Positions 47,338 through 59,400 of a stretch of DNA of 64,000 nucleotides are shown piece by piece. The stretch's first letter is position 1; each line of letters begins with the position of its first letter. The notes under the pieces are model-generated. The model ran no database searches, was not told the DNA's origin, and saw only the letters and a list, made by a program, of their open reading frames with translations. This DNA comes from Schizochytrium sp. TIO01 (lineage: Eukaryota; Protista; Bigyra: Labyrinthulomycetes): the NCBI GenBank assembly GCA_004764695.1, contig SMSO01000007.1:1247270-1311269 (forward strand). Reading direction: 5' to 3'. Position numbers and translations under genes: made by a program.

Positions 47338-50244
47338 CTATGCCCAAAGATTAGTTATTTGATTCTCGAGTCTAAAAGGATCTGGACCTGCTAGGTTAAG
47401 AGAAACCAGAACTGGAGGCAAATTCTCGTCTTCATCATGCCTTTCAGATGCTTCAAAAGGTGGACTCATGTGGAGGAGACGTGTACTTGTCGATCGAAGC
47501 GTAAACAGCTGCCGACCGCGTACCCGATGCAGTACATGCTCTGGTAAACGCACCCACAAGGCCAGAGTGTCGCCCACAAAAACATCTAGTTTCTCAAGAC
47601 TAACCTTGAATTGTACATAGTCAAGGGCCTTCTCAAGATTTGTTACTCGGCATAAGTCCTCGTCACCAAGAAGTGCAGTACTTGCACTTCCATTTTTTGT
47701 AATGCGCCATTGCATTCCTAAGATCCCACCATTTGGCGTTCGACGGTCACGTAGGGCAGAGCCAGTACCAACCTTTTCAATTCGGATGTTCCATTCGAGC
47801 TGCAGAGAGCCTCTCCTTGTCCCTGCATGAACATAAAAATCATGTAATCGATGAAAACTGTTCGCGGCGTTCCGTCCATCAACTAAAATAGAAGTTTCTA
47901 GTTCCCAGTTTCGCTCTTGGATCACTGTGAGTCTAGATGTTCTAGTGTTAACACTTGCAGACGCAACATCACTACTTTTGTGGCCTCGAGGCGAAGGTGA
48001 GACATGCCTGACTTGTTTTAGCTGATTCTTGTTCTCAACTATTGCCCGTACTGAGAGTTTTTGCATATAAGTTCCTTTCCACATGGAATGCCCAGGTCCA
48101 GATTTCATATCAGGACGAAGTTCGATTATCAACTTATCACCTGAACGCCATCCTTTGGTGCTTACTTCATATTGCATCCAAGACTTGCGTGGGTCTCCAC
48201 GTTGTGTTGAAGCTACCAAGTGCCCGTTTTGATGACTATCTCCCGCGGAAATGACATCTGCCTTGGCTTCTCCAACAACCTGATTTCGGCGCTCGCGAAG
48301 CACCCGCCACTCCATTGGTGGGTCTGTCTCCCAGAGCAGTAATGTGTCAAACTCATCCCCAAGCGCGGGTGGGAGCGTGACCTCACATATATCTACGGAA
48401 CGATCAGTCGGCTCAACGCATAAGCTTTGTAAGGAGACCCGTTTGGCCTGGTTGTAAACCTCAATTGCTCCGGCAACATTGTTCTCGGTATCCTCTGCAT
48501 CTGCACTAATCCCACGGTCAACTTGCAAAGCCTCGTACAAGCGCTTCCGCATGTTAATAGAAAAAAACAAATGTTCAGATGGGCCAAGGCTTCGCAAGCT
48601 CGTCTTGAGCTTGACAGCTTCGCATAACCTCTCTGCTCCAGTTTGAGAATTGTCTAGATCAGCGCGATAGAACTTATTTCGTGCCAAGTTGAGTTCATAT
48701 AATGGAGCTTCAGTATTCAACAGTGCACTAGCAAGCTGGCCAGCGCTCGTGTCAGTAAGCTCATTTGATGAAAGATCAATATACTTTAGAGTAAAGCTTG
48801 AAGCAATAGCCTTTGCAAGCCAAGATGCTCCGAGACTACCAATCGCATTCATACGCAAGACAAGTTTCTCTAGTAAGTGAAAATTTTCTCGCGTTGCTTC
48901 TCGAAGTTTGGCTTGGAACTTTGGATCCTGCACATCCAGTCCACCCATGGTGTTTTGAGCGCGTATCATGGCTTTTGCGATGCTGACAGCCCCAGTAGAC
49001 CCAATGAAGGCCATGCTTAAGTCTAGCTCTCGAAGGTAGGCTGTACTAAGTCCTTCAGAAGCGAGCGTCACTACTGCTGCTTTAGGTAAAGAACGGAAAC
49101 ACATCCCAAGGGATGTAATGTTACAATGCGCTGACATTACCCTCATGATGAAAGTTGCAGTGTTGCCTTTCTTGGTAAGGGAGGATCGATCGTGTCGAGG
49201 ATCACCTAGACTTATCGTCAGTGACCTCAAAGAATTCTTTGCAGTACCAAACAACTCTCCTAGTACCCTTCCAGCATCTGGATCGTCTGCAAAAGGGTTA
49301 TCACTGAGGTTTAAGCACTCTAATACTTCGTTACGGAGGAGAGCTTTCCCGAGAGTTTGTGCGCCTATCAAATGAAGGCGGTTCCCCTGAAGATAGAGTT
49401 CTTTCAACATAACAGCACGATTGGAAAGGATCTGTGCTAAAAGACCCGTGCACGAGTCCCCAAGATCATTGTAGCTGAGATCAAGAATTTGTAATGTGGG
49501 TACATGCACAATAGCTTTCCCGAGACGTTCAATCATGGGGTCATTAACACCTTGCCGGCTGAGGTGCAAAGCAGTGAGCTTCTCAAGCATCTCGGTGTTT
49601 CCTAGATCAAGTTTGACCCCTGAAAGATCTGTATACATACCTAGCTCGCCTTCGGAGACTTCGTCATCAACATCATCGTCTATGTCATCTTCTTCTTCAC
49701 TATCGTACAAGTCAGCAACCCGATACAACTGAGGATCAGACGACTTGCTCTCGTCTGGTTCAAAAGTATTTCTCCGCTGCTTCATTCGCATGCTTTGACG
49801 CTGGCCTTCTCGTTTGGCTTCAAGAGAATCGCGTAGTTCTTGTAGTTCACGATCCTTTTCTAGTAATTGAAGCTCCATTAACTTGCGCTCCTTTTCTACA
49901 AGAGCTTGAACTTCTGCCAAAAGTTCTGGATTCTCTTGTGTATTTGTAGGGCTCTTTATGTTTAAGTCACGTGCGGGCCACTCATGCTCAGAAATTTGTT
50001 TACTATCAAGTGAAGATGAAGTTGCCCCTTTTGCACGTGACATCTCCGTTGAGCTCCGTCGTCCCACAAGAGATGCACTCTCCTTCAGTCTTGCCGCTGC
50101 CAAGGACAATGGGCTCAAGTCGCTTTCTTGCCCTGCTGAGGATATACCATTTTGAGTTGGTGTTAGTGATGGCGGTCTTTTCGAGACCATCTTTGGTGCT
50201 TTAGTCCCTACCCTTGCACGTCTACCGGTGGGTGGGCGCATCAT
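47338..50244 (-). CDS. RNI-like leucine-rich-repeat protein with N-terminal coiled coil and unknown C-terminal region
   Basis: Repeats LQILDLSYNDLGD, LKELYLQGNRL, LECLNLSDNPF, LKYIDLSSNEL and LYELNLARNKF; first ATG at 50244 (968 aa). Confidence 0.85.
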   Translation of the reverse strand: MMRPPTGRRARVGTKAPKMVSKRPPSLTPTQNGISSAGQESDLSPLSLAAARLKESASLVGRRSSTEMSRAKGATSSSLDSKQISEHEWPARDLNIKSPTNTQENPELLAEVQALVEKERKLMELQLLEKDRELQELRDSLEAKREGQRQSMRMKQRRNTFEPDESKSSDPQLYRVADLYDSEEEDDIDDDVDDEVSEGELGMYTDLSGVKLDLGNTEMLEKLTALHLSRQGVNDPMIERLGKAIVHVPTLQILDLSYNDLGDSCTGLLAQILSNRAVMLKELYLQGNRLHLIGAQTLGKALLRNEVLECLNLSDNPFADDPDAGRVLGELFGTAKNSLRSLTISLGDPRHDRSSLTKKGNTATFIMRVMSAHCNITSLGMCFRSLPKAAVVTLASEGLSTAYLRELDLSMAFIGSTGAVSIAKAMIRAQNTMGGLDVQDPKFQAKLREATRENFHLLEKLVLRMNAIGSLGASWLAKAIASSFTLKYIDLSSNELTDTSAGQLASALLNTEAPLYELNLARNKFYRADLDNSQTGAERLCEAVKLKTSLRSLGPSEHLFFSINMRKRLYEALQVDRGISADAEDTENNVAGAIEVYNQAKRVSLQSLCVEPTDRSVDICEVTLPPALGDEFDTLLLWETDPPMEWRVLRERRNQVVGEAKADVISAGDSHQNGHLVASTQRGDPRKSWMQYEVSTKGWRSGDKLIIELRPDMKSGPGHSMWKGTYMQKLSVRAIVENKNQLKQVRHVSPSPRGHKSSDVASASVNTRTSRLTVIQERNWELETSILVDGRNAANSFHRLHDFYVHAGTRRGSLQLEWNIRIEKVGTGSALRDRRTPNGGILGMQWRITKNGSASTALLGDEDLCRVTNLEKALDYVQFKVSLEKLDVFVGDTLALWVRLPEHVLHRVRGRQLFTLRSTSTRLLHMSPPFEASERHDEDENLPPVLVSLNLAGPDPFRLENQITNLWA

Positions 50245-51452
50245 CTTTCGAGTAATGGTATGATTAGCCGGCTCTAGCAACCTCGCGCGTCTTGACTTTG
50301 GGAGGGTCGCTACTTTATAAATAGGTTTGAGTTCGAATCTTGTCTTTTGTCTCGGCAGGCAGACCTGGTTTTGTGTTGAGATGTATTGGGATTGACTCTT
50401 GCTATTGATATCCCTGATCTGTAGCTACTGTAACGGCTTCTTTATATGTTGTAGTAATCATATAGAAAACTGCTAGTGCCAATTTATTTTTATATAAAAA
50501 AAGAAAAAAGGAAAAACAAGGATCCATGGTGAACACAAAAGAGAATTACCAACTGCAAAGGTCGCGCATCTATGGAGTACATTGAGAGATCAAACTATAT
50601 ATATATATATTAGCAACCGGCAGGGTTTACTCTTACGTGAAACATTACCTTGACATTGTTCATGATATTTTCAGTCCTTCATGTTCATGTTTAATCTTAT
50701 TCTGTACTTCGTTCCATATTATCCAATCCAGGCTTTTGGCTTGAGACTATTTTATATAGAGCAGATATTATTGTATATAATGATGAGGTTTGGTCACTAA
50801 AAGTTTGATCTTATGTAGGGTAATTTATGTGCTCGTTTGACAAAATTCATCAATATTGGATGTAGTTTTGCAAGGGATAACTGCAATTGCGCACTCTTCA
50901 TTGATTGTAGCGTAGGAGGCAAAATGTGGTTGACTAAGAATGAAAATGGTGCCATAATATCTTTTCCTTCATTGCCTCTCATATCTAGGACAAAATAAAT
51001 TCTAAAACACAAATGTCTCTCTTTCGCTAAATAAGAGGGCAAACGCTGTGAATTCTATTAAAAATCCTGGAAGGCAAAATCATAAAGACAACTTGAAATT
51101 GTGATCGATCACTAGAGTATAATAGGATCAGTGTCATGGGGCACGGATACTGCAGCAACGCGATAATAGATAATTGAATGGTGATGCTTATATACAGTTC
51201 CAGGACAAACAAAAGGTGCAAGGTTCATTTAGTTTACTGGTGATACCTAAAGAAAGACAAGAATGAAATGCTAGCTGTAATGACGGCCAAAGTCGAATAT
51301 ACGCAAAATCAGACTTTGTTGCTAATTGAGAAGAGGAAATCACATTTCTATGTTTGCCTTTTCTCAAAAAATTGTGGCTGGAGCAGCAGCTTGGAAGGTA
51401 ACAAAGCAAATCCTGCTAAAGACTATTTGCAAGCATACTGATAAAGGGTGAC

Positions 51453-52412
51453 TCATGCCCTTTCTGCGATTTGACGGAGTTCCGCGTCCAAAACATCCTT
51501 AAGATGCTGGTAGACGAGCTCAAGCTTGGCGTCGAAGCTGCTGCTTGCGTTGTTGATAATGCGCTGGTGTGGGTGGCCGCGGTATGCTTCCATGACAGCC
51601 GTGTCGAGGCGGCGGGCCTCTTCAAGCTCCTCGGGAGTGGCATCCGGGTGCTTGTCATAGTAGTACGGTTCTGCGCCGTCGGCAGCAGTGACAAGATGGA
51701 GGATAAGATCGTAGCGGTCAAGCACGGAGAGAAGTCCATCTCGCACCCAAGGGTTGAAGTTCAAGACGCGCGGCCATAACTCTGGTGGGATAAATGCTGC
51801 TACATCTGGTAGGGCTCTGTCGTAGAGAATGATTGAAGGTCTCCCCGCAGAGCGTGCAATATCTGTGAAACTCTGTTCCATCTGCAATTGCAGTTCTAGC
51901 AGCCGCCCCTCAAAGATCATCAACTTCGCAGGGTCTCCACCATGTCCAGGATACGCACACCCTCCATTCATGAGCAGAGTAGGTACCTCCGGTACTGTGT
52001 AGACATCCCAGCCATCTTCGCGCAAAACTCGCTCGAGATACTCCACGGACGACGCTTTTCCAGCGCATTGACCACCAGTGATTACGACCTGAAAAACAGG
52101 GATCTCACTTGCAAAAGGGTGATCTTCGTGCTTTGGAGATGTGGGGTTCGGTCCATGCTCTCGGATGTGGGAATCAAGATGATGCCATGGAGACCATTTC
52201 GATTTGGGCCTAGAGTTGCGCTCACGGATGAGCTTCTTCAAGCTTGAGACAATCGCAAAAGCAGAAAATCCAGCAACACAAATAGCGGCACCTGCGGCAA
52301 ATGCATGTCGTTCATCACGGGTGTAATGCGGTACGCGAGCTAGCCAGTCCATGACGGGCCCTGCAGACGCTGGAGGAGCAGACACCGCTGATGATGTTGA
52401 GAATGAGCTCAT
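51453..52412 (-). CDS. NadR/Ttd14-type (AAA_28) P-loop NTPase-like protein with N-terminal membrane anchor
   Basis: VVITGGQCAGKAS, VYTVPEVPTLL, ILYDRALPD..AF, RYDLILHLVTAADGAE and AYRGHPHQRIINN; hydrophobic AAGAAICVAGFSAFAIV; first ATG at 52412. Confidence 0.85.
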   Translation of the reverse strand: MSSFSTSSAVSAPPASAGPVMDWLARVPHYTRDERHAFAAGAAICVAGFSAFAIVSSLKKLIRERNSRPKSKWSPWHHLDSHIREHGPNPTSPKHEDHPFASEIPVFQVVITGGQCAGKASSVEYLERVLREDGWDVYTVPEVPTLLMNGGCAYPGHGGDPAKLMIFEGRLLELQLQMEQSFTDIARSAGRPSIILYDRALPDVAAFIPPELWPRVLNFNPWVRDGLLSVLDRYDLILHLVTAADGAEPYYYDKHPDATPEELEEARRLDTAVMEAYRGHPHQRIINNASSSFDAKLELVYQHLKDVLDAELRQIAERA

Positions 52413-53909
52413 GCCACAGTGAACAATCGATCGTTCAACAAGTCTCACGCCTTCAGCGAGAGATTGCGCCCGAAGCTACTGCTGCTGATGCCGACAATCC
52501 AGACGCAGTCGTGAAAGGCTGTCGTTTTAGATGCGAGGCCCTGTCAACGAAGCACTAGGGATTTGGATAAAGTAGGAAACAAGTGATCAAATGCGAAAAA
52601 CCTCTGAAAGAAAAAGAAAGAAAAGAAAAAGAAGCTTTGAGAAGAAAAAAGCTAATTACGACAAATTCTCTTTTTTTTTTCTTTTTTTTTTCGTTCAAGA
52701 GTTTGCAGTCAGTTTGCAATTCAACTACAATCTTGCTCAATGCTCTTTGCAAGAGACTTCGGGGCTTCATCGAGGTTGACGTTGTTGAAGTTTACGCAAG
52801 AAAGCTAATGTTTGGCAGTCAAGTATAAGTCGGACCCGAGGCTGAGGCACGTTCTTTGGGCACTCAGTGTTTGATGAAGCCTTCAAAACATGGAGAGACG
52901 TTCATTTCGAAACAATGGCATCCATCACAAGAGAGGGTGCGATTGAATTCATTGCTAGCAGCCAATCCGCATGTCGGTCAGCACATGGTGTATCATCGCG
53001 ACGTTCGGATCGCAAATAACGAAGAAGTAGTCGATAAGTTCTGCTTTCGGAATTTGGAAATCTACAATCGCAGTGGTAGCTTGAAGAAGCCCAAAGACGG
53101 TTTGCGTTACAAATTCTGATCTACTAAAGAGTAAGCAAACCACACAAACAGCTCTGAAGTCTATCAAGAACGAGCTCACAGCATTTTTAACCAGCACTCA
53201 CCTCAAGAAAATGTCTATCACATTGTTCTCAAGCATAAATGTTGTACGTTAGAAGCTGAAATGTTATGAGTTGTGTTCCAAGCATCTCTTTGCTTCTTGC
53301 TTTTGAGCTTGTTTTGATGGCTCATGCTCTCAGTCCATGTACTGTCTCACTCACGGGTTCATATATCCTGGCATGCGGACTTGTACAAGATCGTGGTCGG
53401 TCCTAGTATTTAGTACCGAGGCATCTCTTCTCTTTTTCCTACTTTTCTGAATGTGATCTTAAAAATTAGTTAGAAAGAGAAGAAACAAAGAAAAGACTGT
53501 TTGCAATTCGAGGTTCATGTCAAATTTCCCCCTCTCTCAACGGGCTACTCCGAGAGTGAGTTGATAGCGCTTCGGCCTGCGAGCTGATGCGATCGATGCA
53601 TGCAAATAGATGGCCATTGGCAGGAAACTACAATTTCCAAAGCGACAGAGGTAGTCAGTTCTGCTAGTACTGGTAATATCAATGTGGCGTTGAAGGATAA
53701 TCATCTTATGTGATTTGTTAACACAAATCCAGATCCCCCCGTTTTCTCACCGATCGAAGATACCCTTCGCAGCCAGCAGCCAAAGCCAGAGCTTTGCAAA
53801 GCCGAAACACTTACGAGAGTTGAGGTTGATCTCGACGTGGCGTTTTGTGCAGCCTTGGCTTGGAGAGATATTGCGCGTTTAGCTGGGTTGCAGTTCTGTC
53901 AAAAGAATA

Positions 53910-55049
53910 ATGAGCGTGACCTTTTCGGAGCTCGATGTGCGCTGCGACGCAGGGGATCCACCGATGGCACCTGCTAGACCGCCTGCACCTTTGAAGAAAA
54001 TTACTGTAGAAAATGGTTTGGGTATGTCTATGGAGCTGGCAACATTTGGAGCTACTCTGCTGTCCTTGAAGCTTGATGGAGACGAAATGGTCGTGCGAAT
54101 CGATCAGGAGCAGCTCCCGTGCAGATACGGTACTTATGGAGGCAATACGATTGGACGTTTTGCTAACCGCATTGCCAAAGGAAAGTTTAAACTCAACGGC
54201 GAAAATTATACCCTTGAAGCCAACAATGGCCCAAACTCTCTTCATGGAGGCGTCTTCGGTTTCCACAGACGTGCTTGGGAGGTCGCAGAAACCATCGAAA
54301 CCGCGAACGAGGTTGGCGTCGAAATGAACTACCTGGCTGCAGATGGCGAGGAGGGGTTTCCGGGCAAGCTTTTGGCATCAGCGCGCTACACCCTGTGCTG
54401 CAAGACCAACGAGCTTCGCACGCTCTTTAAGGCTGAGCTTGTTGATGGTGAGGAGCTCTCTACAATCATCAACATGTGCAATCACGTATACTGGAATCTT
54501 TCCGGAAAGCCGTGCCACAAGATTATGGACCACACACTCGAGCTCAACTGCCCCTCATACATTCCTGTTGACGATACCCTGATCCCTATTGGCGAGATTG
54601 CCTCTGTCAAGGATACACCATTTGAGTTTCGCAACAAGCCCTACCGCATTGGCGATCGTATGAAGGAGATTAGCGAGGGCGAGAATTATGGCTATGACCA
54701 CTGCATTAGCTTTCTCTCCCCCGATGACGAGGAAACCGAGTCTGAGGTATCTACAATCACGCGCAATCTTGGTGCTGGCTACGAGAACATGGAGATCAAG
54801 GTACTTGGAACCTTGGCGGATCCAAACTGCTCGGGCCGCAGGATGACCATGTCAACCACGCAGCCGGGTGTTCAAGTTTACACAGGCAACTACATGCCTG
54901 ACGAGCACCAGCACACTGGTGTAGCCCTTGAAACAGAGCACTTTCCTGACACCATTAACCAGCGTGCTAAGAATGACCGCTTCCCAACTGTTACCCTGCA
55001 GCCTGGCGAAAAGTACGCACAAGCCACAATCTATACCTTCGAGGCTTAA
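53910..55049 (+). CDS. GALM: Aldose 1-epimerase (galactose mutarotase)
   Basis: GRFANRIAKG, NSLHGG, EEGFPG, NHVYWNLSG, GYDH, TTQPGVQVYTGN and ALETEHFPD. Confidence 0.96.
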   Translation: MSVTFSELDVRCDAGDPPMAPARPPAPLKKITVENGLGMSMELATFGATLLSLKLDGDEMVVRIDQEQLPCRYGTYGGNTIGRFANRIAKGKFKLNGENYTLEANNGPNSLHGGVFGFHRRAWEVAETIETANEVGVEMNYLAADGEEGFPGKLLASARYTLCCKTNELRTLFKAELVDGEELSTIINMCNHVYWNLSGKPCHKIMDHTLELNCPSYIPVDDTLIPIGEIASVKDTPFEFRNKPYRIGDRMKEISEGENYGYDHCISFLSPDDEETESEVSTITRNLGAGYENMEIKVLGTLADPNCSGRRMTMSTTQPGVQVYTGNYMPDEHQHTGVALETEHFPDTINQRAKNDRFPTVTLQPGEKYAQATIYTFEA

Positions 55050-56418
55050 TATTATAAAGCTCAGCGTGAGACATATGTATACGAAGGATTTGCTTCCGCT
55101 TGACGTGTCTCTTCAACAGATGAAGACACGGGCTGCTAGTTCCCACCCTCATCAGTCACAGCAAGTCTCTCGGCTCGAAAATATATCTAGGCCTATCATA
55201 TGTCCAAGAAATGTTAGAAAGTATCCTGTGTTGGGCATAACAGTTTGCATGTGTTCCTAACAGCTCCAATTTGAGTCGACAAGCGACCTCAACTTTATCA
55301 TTCGCAGTATTGTTGGAACATCACATTTAAATAAAAGAGAGTAGCAGTGTCTCATTTGGGTAATACAGATTTACTAACGAGACTACATATCTAAAATCTT
55401 TGTTGCAAGTTTCTGCTTCTCGACCTTCCATCTCTCCCGGTAGCTCCCATTCCCTCCAAACGCATCATTCCTGCTGTACTGTGCAAGAGTAGGCTATAAT
55501 TCCTCTTCTAAATCTAGCTAGAATCATCGTAGTAATTTTACTACAGAACACCATGGTAAAATTTCTCATTCTAATTTTCTTGGTTACTTCGCTATCACTA
55601 GTCCATAAACCAAATAAACTTCACCCCGATTCAGATTGTCTCGTCACCTGCATCTGCAGTTGACCTTGTCCTGGTTTGCCATTTTTATTCTCATCATGAC
55701 TCGAGAGACTCATCCTTCATTTCATTCGTTTCAATTAATTATCAGAGCTACTATGACTGATCTCATATCTATGACCCTGGAGTTGCCTTATCTGGCATTA
55801 CTGAGGCCTATCATAATGTGACTGGTGGTTGGATCGTGAATGGTGAATAGCCCACTTGGGCCACCAAAGTTTCACTTATATGCAGAGAGTTCCACTGTGT
55901 CTAAACTGGTTGCAAGTGAGTTATAAGAGTTTGTTGCATTTGTTTGTTTCACTTGGCGGCTGGTTGGGCTAATGTTATTGATTTGTGTTTGGATTGATTA
56001 TTTCATGTGGCTACGGATTGACGAAGCGAGGCACGGCAAACTCGGATCACGACGCGGCTGCGCGAGGCCGTAGTCGTCGCGGACGCCGCATAACACTCAC
56101 TCTTACCGACCTCGGTACTTAGCGCTCGAGCCTCGCGGCGGGCTGGGCTCAACTCGAGCCAACCCGAGCCGCAAAGGCCGCACTCATTTAGCAACGGCGG
56201 CGCCTCACGGCTTTTCAATTGGGCTCCCACTCGCCTAATAACCTCCCCTTTCTACGTAAAGAGGTGGTTCTGGACGAAGCGTTTATAAAAGGAGCACGTC
56301 GTGGAGTTAGTTCGTGTCCTCGTTTGGTCAACTTAGATTTGGCCTTGAAGGATCTTCATCTTTGACTTTGAACGATCTTGACATCCACAAAATCTCGGCT
56401 AAAGCTTATTGAGCAACC

Positions 56419-59400
56419 ATGCAGACATGCCAAATTGCCCCGATGCGGCATCTCACTGGTCTCATGATTCTCATGGTGGTCTTGATTGCAGTCTCAATCT
56501 TTTCACATCCAGTAGCTGCTCTAGGAGGTCAACACAGCGGAATGGCCTTTAAGACTAGCGAGTCAGGCCGTGCTGAGACCACAGTAATCTCGGGAAAGTC
56601 TTCAGCCCATGATATGGATGACGATGAGTCAGGGTGGCGTACGCTGGGAAGATTCAGGGTGAGCGATGTCAGTTTGCTTCTTCCCTCTGAAAAGGCCATG
56701 CGCATGTCCACAAACTCGGAGCAGGACGCCGATCCTGAGAACCTAATTCCAGTTTCAAGGGTAGTTTCTGCCAGACCCGGATGCTTCCGGTGGTTTAGTG
56801 GTGATGAGAGTATTGCTTCAGTGACCGCAGAGCCCGATGGCCAATGCAAACAAAAAAAGACTAGCGGGTCTGCACGCATTGTTAGCCGCCATGCAACGAC
56901 AAACACAAGCTCAACTGTCGTGACGGCCTTTCAAGAGGATCCTGACACTGGAGAGGAGCACGAGATTAACATTGAGGTCTACATTGCACCTATTCATGGC
57001 ATCCGCATTCTTACCACTGTTCGTCGTCTTAACCTTTTCGAGGCAGAAACTCTCCTTGTGCAAGCTTTCGACAGCGAGGAGAACGTCTTCTCTAGCCTTT
57101 CTGGACTCGCTTTCGAGTGGACGCGTAGTCATGCCATTGACGAAAACGCACAGATTCCTCTCAAATTGTACGGAATTTCTCATTCTGATGTTGCACCATC
57201 TGACGAACTCGTCCAAGAGCTGTACGGTCGTTTCGGATACAAAGTGGAGATTAAGGGTGTCAAAACTGGTCCAGCCACCGTCTCCGCAACACTTAAATAT
57301 GTCGGTCTTGGCGGAGTCGAGTCCCTTATCATGGATACCGTTACCATCGATGTCGTAGATTCCCTTGCAATCTGCCCTCCTGCGCCAATTTTGACACCTT
57401 CAGCTAGTCTGCAGGTTGTTGGTGCTCGGAAGGTGAACCGCAACAAATGGAGCATTATTGAGGGTACAGGCGAAGGCCGTTATCATTGGCGCGTTGAGGG
57501 TTCCCCGGTTGTGGAAATCGCTGAGCCCTCTGGCCGTCTTCAGGCTGTTGAACTTGGTCGCGGTCGCCTTGTCCTTGAGGAGAAGAATTATCCTACCAAC
57601 TCTCTTTCAGTGCCCATTGTGGTAGTGGACCCCGATTCGATGTTTCTCTGGTTTGCTCCGGTTCCTGCTGACATGTTTGATGAGGCGCTTGTGTCATCTC
57701 GCTCTAGTCCTTGCACATGGCTCTCAGGTGGTCGCTTCCCACTTGACACTCGGCTGCCAAAAGCCCGTTTTTGGCAACGCGGCGGGGGCGCCACTCGCTG
57801 GCTCATGGTTGTCGGAAGGCAGTACTACATTATGGCCACACTTTGGTCCGAAAGTATTGCGTCGAACCAAATGATCTTTGTAACAGATGAGATGGAATTT
57901 GATTTTGAAAAAACAAAGTCTGCACAAAAGGACGCAGAGGGAGGCCTCAACTTCCTCGACACCGCTGACATGACGCAACACTTTGCTAACAATGTGCGTA
58001 TTGTTGAGGCCACCCGCGCTGGTTTTATCGACCTCTTTGCAGACTTTGCTGGGTCTAACTTGCAGGTTATGCAAAGCGAGGTGCAGATTGTCGACCCTGT
58101 GGGTCTCAATAAGTATCTTATTCGTCTGCCCGTGGATTTCGTGTCTGGCATCATGCACTCCTACGAAATTCAGGCTTACGGTGGTACCGGCCAATATCTT
58201 TATTATGCGGATGAGGAGAACTCTGTTGTTGATGTTGACCGTACCCGCGGCTCTCTCCTTGTTCGTCAACAGCTTTTTACGAACCAGTCCATTACCGTGG
58301 AGGACATGAACGACAACTCCAACTTTGCCAACGCTTTTGTTTACGTGTCCGAGCCTTCGTCTTTACAGTTTCAAGAGTCAGAATTGTACGTTACCATCGG
58401 AGACTCTTTCCCGCTGCAGGCGATCCTCAACGACATGGATAAACAGCTCTACGATAACTGTACTGGTCTTGACGCCTCGATCAAGTGGGACGTACATGGA
58501 AATGCGGTAGCACAAAGTAGCATCGACGGTCTTGGTGATCGAGTTAACGCCTCTGTGTGTAGTGAACGCTGGTTTCATGCTGTCTCAGCTGGGTCAACAA
58601 CTGTAATTGCACAATACAGCCCCAAAATCCGTGCTTCTCTGCGCATTGTTGTCCTTGATAAAGTTCGCATCGTATCACCCGAGCCTGACCTCAATCTCGA
58701 TAGCCATGGCCGCCCTGTTGCTTTAACAATGGTTTACGCTAGTGTTGACATGCTTGTTATTGGTGGTAAGCCGAACGACGCTGACATGCAAGTGTTTTCT
58801 GTTGGCGAGGGAGAGAAGAGAGTCGCACTTACCAAGGATCCGCGTCGTGAGGAAGATTATGTTGGGATTTCTCAGAAACCTACGGGTGACCGCCTCTCTC
58901 GAGAGTACAAACTTACCTGTCGTCGTGAAGGTGATTTTGAGATTGTTTTGCAGAATACTGCAACCATGGTGCTGATTTGTCGACCTGCAGAACGTGCAAT
59001 CTTGAGTGTTTTGCCATCTATAGAATATGATGGTGTCTCTTGCGGCACAGGTCCTTCTGCAGCAAACATGGTAAATGGCTATGACCTTCCTTTGCGTTTG
59101 GATGCCCTTGATAAAGATGGCCGCCGGTTTTCTACCTTGGGGGGACTTACAAGCACCTGGGATTTCAAGGAGTCCACTGCAAAAGACACCTCCGCCATCA
59201 ACTTTGCTGCTCTGGAGCATCGTACTCTGGCCGATCCAATGCGCTTCGTCAAGGTTGCGAGTGGGTACACAGGAAAGGTCACCATTCTCGGTATGCTTCA
59301 TTTTGATGATGGAAATGTGGACCACAAAATTTCACTTCCTGCGCAGTTCAATTTGGGCGTCTACCAGGATTTGGCCTTGAGCCCAGCTGCTGATTGGCCC

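Noticed and set aside
50320-50345. B-box-like GAGTTCGAATC
   Set aside because: No cloverleaf or A-box around it.
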